Assembly (NCBI GenBank): GCA_043228905.1
Contig: JBHGNT010001394.1
Location: 1 to 9,054 of the forward strand
Origin: Azolla caroliniana
Lineage: Eukaryota > Plantae > Polypodiophyta
DNA length: 9,054 nt
Direction of reading: 5' to 3'
Under the pieces are notes generated by a model, which worked only from the letters and a program-made list of their open reading frames with translations, searched no databases and was not told the origin of the DNA. Shown here in pieces: positions 1 to 6,715 of this stretch. Numbering within the stretch: position 1 is the stretch's first letter; every line of letters begins with the position of its first letter. A program made the position numbers and the translations under genes.

Positions 1-468
1 CATGGTCAACTCTGCCATTCACTCGAGTGTTCACATGAAAAGTACACCCAAATCAGGATGAATGCTTTCTATGTCAAGTGCACGGATATTGCTTGTTGGC
101 CACGCCAAATCGGTGACAATTATACCTAGTCACATGTGCACCCCTTGTGGCCCTTGTACGGAAGCGTGTGTGATACCTCAATTGAACATCAATGAGCGTA
201 TCATCAACCTTATGGGCCTCTATCTTGATCACTTCTATGGGTCTAGGCTTTTTATATTTCATGACACTTGTCCCCTCCATGTTAGATGGAGTTAACCTTG
301 ACACAACTTGACAACCCCATCGGTCAACCACTGCTTTCACATACGCACTAGGGATCCCATGGTCACGAAGGTCATTGGACCAAAGTCTCTTTAACTCTGT
401 CAGAGTACTTGTCAAAGAATGGTGCGATGCGCCACAATGTGATGCTAGTACTATCTCCCTCCATGTGA
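1..468 (-). pseudogene. N-terminal FAR1/WRKY-GCM1-type DNA-binding domain of a probable MULE transposase (disrupted)
   Basis: Reading ORF 74..415 through TGA codons at 76-74 and 55-53 gives TRFRTRATRGAHVTRYNCHRFGVANKQYPCT*HRKHSS*FGCTFHVNTRVNGRVDH. With CGA(Arg) restored this fits the FAR1-type pattern F-x-x-R...C-x-R-x-G...S-R-x-G-C-x-F. The frame stays open upstream to a candidate CAG acceptor at 471-469. The DDE domain is not in the window. Confidence 0.62.
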
Positions 469-470
469 CT

Positions 471-676
471 GTGATTAAGATAGAGAATGTGATTAAGACA
501 GAGAATGTGATTATAAGAATTTGATTAAGCTATAGAATATGATTAAGACAGAGAATGTGATTAATTGAACCCGATCAAGATAGAGAGTGGGATTAATTGG
601 ACCTGATTAAGATAGAGAATGTGATTAATTGAACTTGATTAAGACAGAGAATGTGATTAATTGAATATGATGTTAA
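471..676. repeat. Minisatellite: 18-bp units GAYAGAGAATGTGATTAA grading into 32-bp higher-order units (18+14 bp)
   Basis: Units at 479-496, 497-516 (20 bp variant) and 529-546, with a 12-bp partial unit at 517-528. 32-bp units at 547-578, 579-610, 611-642 and 643-676 add a TTGAACYTGATTAA subunit. Confidence 0.92.
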
Positions 677-719
677 GAGGTAATTAATTGGAGATGGAAT
701 CAGCTCTGATTAAAATGAC

Positions 720-762
720 GGTTTAGGGTTTAATGTGACTTAAAATGTGATTAATTTATACG
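720..762 (-). promoter_or_regulatory. Putative core promoter of the transposase: TATA box plus telo-box
   Basis: Minus-strand TATAAAT at 760-754 followed by TAAACCCTAAACC at 733-720 (contains telo-box AAACCCTA), between the motif array and the coding region. Confidence 0.4.
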
Positions 763-797
763 TTAATATGACCGTTTTTTTGGCCGTTTTTTAAACA

Positions 798-1017
798 GGT
801 TGGGCAACCTAGCTTATGGTTGGTTGACCATATTAAAAGAGGTGGGGCGACCTAGATTATGATCACAAGCTGTTTTTTTAAACGATTGGGTGACCTACTT
901 ATAATGTTTTCCACATTTAAACAAGTTGGGCGACGTGGATTATGAGAGAATGATTTTTAAGAGGTTTGGGCGACCTGGTTTATTACCATTAATGTTTTTT
1001 ACAAGGGTTGGGCGATT
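798..1017. repeat. Array 1 of near-palindromic 12-bp motif GGTTGGGCGACC (7 copies, six with 40-43 bp period)
   Basis: Copies start at 798, 818, 841, 884, 924, 964 and 1006, separated by AT-rich, T-tract-containing spacers. Confidence 0.85.
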
Positions 1018-1276
1018 GATATCTTTGAAAACAGCTTTTTCGAATCAACAAACACAATTAAGAGAAAATACTGAGATCAACTTTTTCGAATCAACTTTGA
1101 AAACATCTGACTCAACTTAGCAGATAAACACTTGTTGTAAACAACTTTTCCATTAATAAGTACTCGCGATATACAATGAGTCGATACTTGTTATACAAAA
1201 TTTGTGTGGATTCCAAAATATAGTTACAACATCAACTCTATAACAAAATCTGTGCTTAAAATAGCAGACACAAAAT

Positions 1277-3340
1277 TTACAATATGGGGCCACCGATCGC
1301 AAATGCAAATCCTAGTTCCCTTCGTGCCCGCTCATCCACATGAATCCGAAGTGAATCCACTTCGCGTTTAGTGAACCACATCTCTGTGCCTTGTCACCAA
1401 ATATGTAGAAGAACACATCTATACACAATCCACATGAAAAAGGCATTGCAATTACACTTACAAAAATCGGAGGTATCCATCCTCGTAAGAACTCATCCAA
1501 CAGTATTTGGATAGTCTTCATCACGTAAAAGCCACAATCCCAACAATTTGGCTGAGTTGGGATGTGCAATACGTGATATCGACCCTCGGACACAATGGTG
1601 TGGTCAGACGGTTCAAATGAAATGGTCCCAATCGCCAACTTTGCCAGACTTCGCATGTTGCCAGTCACTGCGTTGTTTAATGGATCACAGAAGACTACTT
1701 TACTGGTAAGCTTAGAAACTTTCTGTCGCATCTTTGTATACAACACCCAATGGCCTTCAAGCATGACCAACATTAACATAAAATTATGTTCAACCACCTT
1801 CCTAAGGATGGCTTGCCCCTTCACCGTTTGCTAGTGTAGTTGCATCCACAGTGAGTCGACGATGGTGAAGCGTTCTGTCACATCAGGTGGCAGCGAGTAC
1901 TCCATAAACAATGTGAATAAGGTCATAGTCTAGGTTAATGCCATTTCTCCGTACTTGCACATGGTCTCAAGATCTGACTCAGTAACGTCAACGGCCATAT
2001 CGAGACGTTGGCAGGTCAACTGGTACCTGAATGCATAGGAATATGTAGTTTGAGTAGGTATATCACACTCAATGACAGTTAATAGGATACTAATTTATAT
2101 TTCACATAAAAACTACTTGGAAAAGTGTTTGTTCGGTGTTTGGATCCACAACTTGATGCCCTTGTCGTGCTGAATTTGAATTGTGGCCACATCCGATGCA
2201 GTGTCATCTGAATCTGATGTTAGGGGGACAACATCAATGTTTGACTCAACCTCCTTCCGTCGGATTGGCATCTTCTGTTGTATTCTTCTTGGTGGAGTGG
2301 ACACACCACCCTCAGATGGGTTCAAATGGGTTTAGAGCCTCACTCACATCCGTGGACACACCCTCTTGGGTGGATATCCCCGCCTTTTTACACCGTTTCA
2401 CCACAATAAGACACGTGTTATTATCTGAATTCTGCCAATAAACCCTCCAACACATATCTCAAATGAAATCCTTGCTCATACTTACATAAGAATCCAAACC
2501 GGATGCAATCTTCTTCTTCAACATCTCCAAACGCTCATCCTTTTTGGAGTCGTATAAGGCCATCTCGTGGTCCATAAATCACGCCACGAACTCTACCTCT
2601 ATGTCAAGACGGAGTTCAACAGGAATAGAGTTGTACCTCGAAACTGCCCTAACCTTCAACTTCCGGATATATGTTTGCCGATTTCTTTGGTACTTGATTT
2701 CGGGGTCCATGAATCTTCTCAGTGATCTCTGATGCTCATAGCTATTAAAGAATGCCCCCGGAGTACCCTCCTCTATACGCATCCCTCGTGGTAGGACTAT
2801 GTCTATTCCATGTTCCTTGCGTAAATGTGATTCCATGTCACTTTTTTTGCAATACCACCTTGGCGAGAGGCGGCAATACTCAGTATAGATACACACACAT
2901 GCCTTGTTCCCATTTGCATCTCTTCCAACCTTATACAACAAGTCTAGGCTAGGAGCATCTATTCCTTCTGTATGTGTTACATATTTAAGATTGACATAAA
3001 GATTGGCATAAAGATTGACATATTACAACGACACCAAATCCACATACCATTTGAAGGAGCATCTTGGTCGAATGTTGCCATGGCATGTATTAGCTCGATC
3101 TGAGGTGGATGAAGCATTAGTGTCTAATCCATTCTCTCCCCACCCTTAGACATGTTGGCTGACGATTTTCTCCAATGTCTTCTAACGAAGACCCTTTAAC
3201 AAATCACGAGTCAACATACATGCATCACACCTCATTACCAATATTAGGGGAGATTGGTTCGTGACATACCTCTCTTGAGTTCGATATATGTCATTGTTAT
3301 CAGAATCCCACCAATCTTTGTACTTGGACTTGGAAGCCAT
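1277..3340 (-). pseudogene. Six-exon C2H2-like zinc finger + Ulp1/SENP (peptidase C48) pseudogene, ~553 aa reconstructed
   Basis: Exons 3340-3270, 3181-3048, 2967-2486, 2431-2117, 2026-1462 and about 1381-1277; GT-AG introns with consistent phases. C48 motifs: VDVTESDLETM, IVDSLW, GHWVLY (His), VVFCDPL (Asp), PTQPNCWDCGFYVMK (Gln/Cys), WFTKREVDSLR. Lesions: stops at 3126-3124, 2581-2579, 1932-1930 and 1833-1831, plus a 10-bp frameshifting duplication at 2316-2335. The protease call is strong. The last acceptor and the 54-nt intron 3 are less certain. Confidence 0.8.
2987..3022. repeat. 12-bp tandem repeat x3 (AAGATTGRCATA) inside predicted intron 2
   Basis: Units at 2987-2998, 2999-3010 and 3011-3022, one mismatch. 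Confidence 0.9.
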
Positions 3341-3384
3341 CTACCACCATTCAAGTAATCAAACATTTTCCGAATTTAATACTC

Positions 3385-3460
3385 AAACACACACAATATT
3401 AAAATTAAGCAAGCATATCATTAAACCGTAAACACACACAATATTAAGATTAAGCAAGCA
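3385..3460. repeat. 31-bp direct repeat x2 (45-bp period)
   Basis: aaacacacacaatattaa(a/g)attaagcaagca at 3385-3415 and 3430-3460, 30/31 identical. Confidence 0.9.
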
Positions 3461-3699
3461 ACCATACATACATTGAAAACAAATCAATCTCTAAATATAA
3501 ATGCAACAATATCCCAAACATTAAGATGCAATGAGTTTGAAGAAAGAAGGATATAAGATGCCAAAATGGCCTCTAAGACAAACAACAAGTTACACTGAAA
3601 ATGTCGCCTCATCTTTTAGAACAACAAACCAAAAAATAAACGTAACTAAGTAAATAAGTTGGTTCCTGATGGAGAGGTCGTTGAAGCAAGGGTAACAGT

Positions 3700-4660
3700 G
3701 TTTACATCCATCTTACCATCGAACAATTCAACTAAGTTCTAAGTATCACATGTAAAGCTTTTATTCCTTCAGAGCATTGCAAGAAACATCTTTAACTTTT
3801 GCTCACATGATCTAGCCTTCTTTGATGTAAGAGGCTCACCCTTATCAGTGAACACAATGTACTGCAAAAGAGGGATCATCTCCGTAAAGGCTTTCTTAAT
3901 ATAGTAGACATTGTTACCCAATGATATGCATTATCAGGCATGGATCTACTTCAGTAGGGAGCATGAAAGCTACATTAAGCCATTGTTCATAATTCATAGT
4001 CATATTTCCAGCATTATTTATTGGTTGCTCATGTCCTCCAAGTGCATGCAATGGTTGTCCAACATCGCATTATAACATTTTCATAGGCTCAACATGAGTT
4101 TTAGTTGGTTGTGTACATTGTGATCTCCGATGGTTGTCAGGCTATTCTGAAATCTAGCTTTTTTGTTATGTTTCTTATGGCTTTAATCAAAATCTGGGCT
4201 TTTTTTAATGCCAGAACATATCTAACACTTAGATTGCAAGTTGTTAGCGACACAATATCTCCCAACTTATGCTTATCATCGAAGGCTTGTGTGCCTAAAT
4301 CAAATTTTTAATATGCAAGTGAAAGTGAAGATGGGTCCATTGGCACTCTTTGATTCATCCAATTGCATAGACACTAGATTTCTTATCAAATGCCCTTGAT
4401 TTACACTCATCGTGTTTTCAATTGTTTCTCTTAGCTTTTCCCAAACTTCATAGATGATGTTGCAATTGTTGAGTTTCACAAGGATTTCATTTGTCACAAC
4501 CATTTGAATTCTTATTCAAGTAGGACAACACAGGCTTTGTCAAAGTTGTCGGCTTCTCACTTTCCAAAGCTTGGTGATGTTCCTTAAAGTGATGAAGAAA
4601 ATATGTTAACATCTACTAGAGGCCAAAATTGACCCATGACACAAATTATGATTGCAAAAA
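3700..4660 (-). mobile_element. Old, internally deleted Ty1/copia relic (gag fragment and integrase-RT junction fragment)
   Basis: 4503-4300 encodes gag-like YEVWEKLRETIENTMSVNQGHLIRNLVSMQLDESKS. About 3900-3710 reads LQYIVFTDKGEPLTSKKARSC...LAM/EGIKALH/DT*NLVELFDGK, the copia pre-RT signature (TDxGEP...AM...TWxLVxL). Many frameshifts; no LTRs recognised; boundaries approximate. Confidence 0.75.
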
Positions 4661-4857
4661 TGGTTGAATCCATGTGTCATCCATATTGAATGATTAATAC
4701 AAGCTCTAGATTTCCCAACGCTCCATCATCATTATCTTAATGCATGTGGTAGAATGATAAGGTTAGTTGGTGTGGTGGAATGAGACTATGTGTGAATTAG
4801 ACATGGTGAGCAATGATCTCCATGATTCAGTGATGGTACGGTCCATGTACCTTATGA

Positions 4858-5040
4858 CCCTAAACCCTAATCCCTAATCCCTCAACAAGAAAAAAAATCC
4901 CTCAACTATTCAAAACCCTAATCCCTCAACTATCATTTCCACATGTAAAAAAAATCAGAAAAAGTGATGTAATAGGGTTTAGTAATACCTGGGAATAGTA
5001 GGGGATGAGATTGATTGCCGTGTATGTCGAACCCTAAACC
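4858..5040. repeat. Telomere-like/telo-box repeats (CCCTAAA, CCCTAAT) and ATCCCTCAAC x3
   Basis: ccctaaaccctaatccctaatccct from 4858; aaaccctaa near 4914; tagggttt at 4973-4980; aaccctaaacc at 5030-5040; atccctcaac at 4877, 4897 and 4921. Confidence 0.7.
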
Positions 5041-5120
5041 TTGAAGATACTTTTCTTTCCTGGAAAAAAGAACCTGTCAATCTCGTTTGAAAAAATGAGA
5101 GATAATGGCAGGTTTCAGGG

Positions 5121-5128
5121 TTTTATAG
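5121..5128 (-). promoter_or_regulatory. Putative TATA box of the ZnF-Ulp1 gene
   Basis: Minus-strand CTATAAAA immediately downstream of motif array 2. It is followed by a pyrimidine-rich stretch and a candidate donor CAG|GTATTA near 4988; a candidate acceptor TAG directly precedes the ATG at 3340. Confidence 0.4.
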
Positions 5129-5133
5129 TCGTC

Positions 5134-5261
5134 AATTGGGCGACTTGCTTCGATGATTAAGTTGGTTGGGCGACCAACTTAATATAAACTTACCTACGGT
5201 TGCGCAACCTGCTTAAACCGGTCACCCAACCGTTTAAAAAATATAACTCAGTTGGGCGACC
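5134..5261. repeat. Array 2 of the GGTTGGGCGACC motif (5 copies, one inverted)
   Basis: Copies at 5134, 5164, 5198 (perfect palindrome GGTTGCGCAACC), 5220 (inverted, GGTCACCCAACC) and 5250. Confidence 0.85.
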
Positions 5262-5417
5262 TCTGAACAACTTTTTTTTGCGCCCTCTTTCTTATCAAAA
5301 TCTAACGGTGTAGATCACATGCGCCTTCCTCTAAGCGACCTGCATCGTTTGTGGCCATGATTCCCTCGCTAGCCCTCTTTATGATTTGTGTCATAATAGA
5401 CACGTCAATATGTATAT

Positions 5418-5476
<59 letters not shown>
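5418..5476. repeat. Compound microsatellite (CA)8 + (AT)22
   Basis: Directly visible; degenerate (ATGT)n follows at about 5507-5522. Confidence 0.97.
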
Positions 5477-5481
<5 letters not shown>

Positions 5482-6290
5482 TGTGGATATATGTACGTGT
5501 GAATATATGTATGTATGTATGTGGTGTGCTCCTTTCTATTTGCAACCAAATCATAATTAGGCATGGTAGGGAAATCGTGGACACGGACGGTACAGGGCAA
5601 ACACTGAACCTTCTCCGTCCACGAGATTGGTAGTGTCAACATGTCCATAATTGAATAGTCTACCAAACTTGGGCCATAGACTCCTCCAAACACAAGTTTG
5701 TCCACACCATCCACTTTCAATATATTGCCAAACTCTAGATTTGTTTGAGTATTCTAAGCCTTACCCTAGGCATCCTAGCGAATATGACTTTCAAGCAAGT
5801 TTCTAATGTTACGTGCTCATGATTTGAGCCCTTATTAGAACTACAAATCATATACCATAGTGGGACCCCTATTCCCATGGCATTTGGTGCAACAATTGCA
5901 TATAATGGGAGTTTGAATTGATTGGTTTAAGTGTGGACTTGATTGCCCAAGAGTTGTTTTGCGACAATCTATCCAACATTTCCAACATCCATTTATCTTG
6001 AAGTATCAAGATAAATGGTTGTCAAGCTGGAGGTCCATTTGGACCATGCAAGTATGGTTAGACATGTATCACTTTGCCTAGATCTCAGAGTGCATAGGCA
6101 TGTTGCTGTTGGGAAATCGGTCTCTCCGGATGGGATCCGGTGATGAATAAAGAGGACCCGGTGAGAACCGGAAGAGATCCGAAAACCGGATCGGTGGACC
6201 CGTGAGAACTGGAAGAGAAGACAGAGTTGTAAATATGTCTTGAATAAGCCCATAGAGGCTATTTTTGTAAATAGCCCTAAGTTCATATAA

Positions 6291-6299
6291 CTATAAATA
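6291..6299 (+). promoter_or_regulatory. LTR TATA box CTATAAATA
   Basis: Canonical plant TATA consensus inside the LTR. Confidence 0.8.
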
Positions 6300-6370
6300 T
6301 GACTTAGGGCAATCACTTTAGAGCGCGTGTGTTGTTGTCATATTGTTGTAATTGTTGTACAGAGTAAGAC

Positions 6371-6391
6371 AGAGAGAGAGAGAGAGAGAGA

Positions 6392-6422
<31 letters not shown>
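6371..6422. repeat. Compound microsatellite (AG)11(AC)15 inside the LTR
   Basis: Directly visible, about 70 bp downstream of the TATA box. Confidence 0.97.
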
Positions 6423-6425
<3 letters not shown>

Positions 6426-6689
6426 GATACTCTGTTGTAACCACCACAATGCGAAGAAATAGAGCTCAAGGTCGTTGCCTCCGAGTCTCTGATTGTACCG
6501 CTTCTCTTCATAGTGATAGTTCGAAGCCTGTAGGCTCCTGTGGTTTTTCCCTATTAGGGCTTTCCACGTAAACATCCTGTGTCATTTTTCTTGTGTACTT
6601 CCTACTTCCCATTTCTGTCTTTGATTCTTATAGAAGTGACTTACTACTCGGTTGTAGTCGAGCAATATTCCGTGCATTTCTCGTCAAAC

Positions 6690-6701
6690 TAATATAAGAG
6701 C
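6690..6701 (+). other. Degenerate primer-binding site (tRNA-iMet)
   Basis: TAATATAAGAGC versus canonical TGGTATCAGAGC (9/12), located between the LTR end and the gag ATG at 6716. Confidence 0.75.
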
Positions 6702-6715
6702 TAACAACACAGAAA

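Larger units (their letters stand above)
1..5377 (-). mobile_element. Putative Ulp1-carrying Mutator-like element (KAONASHI/VANDAL-type organisation), decayed; extends beyond the left edge, right boundary approximate
   Basis: A FAR1/MULE-type Zn-finger fragment (1-468) and a multi-exon C48 protease pseudogene (1277-3340) lie on the same strand and share non-coding motif arrays. Ulp1-carrying MULEs are known in plants. The right end (about 5366-5377, ...ccctc) is inferred; no TIR pair or TSD can be seen in the window. Confidence 0.55.
6107..6686 (+). repeat. 5' LTR (580 bp)
   Basis: Starts TGTTGGGAAAT and ends ATTTCTCGTCA (imperfect inverted termini, 8/11), 3 bp before the PBS. TATA box at 6291-6299. 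U3 direct repeat at 6154-6177/6196-6218. Candidate TSD GTTGC (6102-6106) cannot be confirmed without the 3' LTR. Confidence 0.75.

Noticed and set aside
31-120. Alternative minus frame IVTDLAWPTSNIRALDIESIHPD resembling a family-B polymerase ExoI motif
   Set aside because: Short, closed by a stop, and overlapped by the better-supported FAR1-type frame.
798-1017. CRISPR-like repeat-spacer appearance
   Set aside because: Repeats are only 12 bp and degenerate, spacers are related to one another, no cas genes are present and the context is plant transposon DNA.
926-1120. 64-aa plus-strand ORF
   Set aside because: Non-ATG start, runs across motif array 1 and local repeats, no domain.
1312-1461. 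C-terminal part of the 170-aa ORF (VSVIAMPFSCG...GHEGN)
   Set aside because: It reads through a GTAAGT donor at 1461; the Ulp1-like ending WFTKREVDSLR is in another frame.
4858-4882. Interstitial telomere or chromosome-healing site
   Set aside because: Only one perfect CCCTAAA unit plus variants; better explained as telo-box-like repeats typical of plant 5' regions.
5339-5372. Helitron 3' end (CTAG at 5369-5372)
   Set aside because: No convincing GC-rich hairpin just upstream, the next base is not T, and no Rep/helicase sequence is present.
5351-5720. ORFs 5351..5560 (+) and 5391..5720 (-)
   Set aside because: Kept open largely by the microsatellite (IYIYIY); no recognisable domain.
5993-6575. 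Minus-strand ORFs 5993..6316 and 6318..6575
   Set aside because: Antisense to the LTR and its SSR; no protein features.
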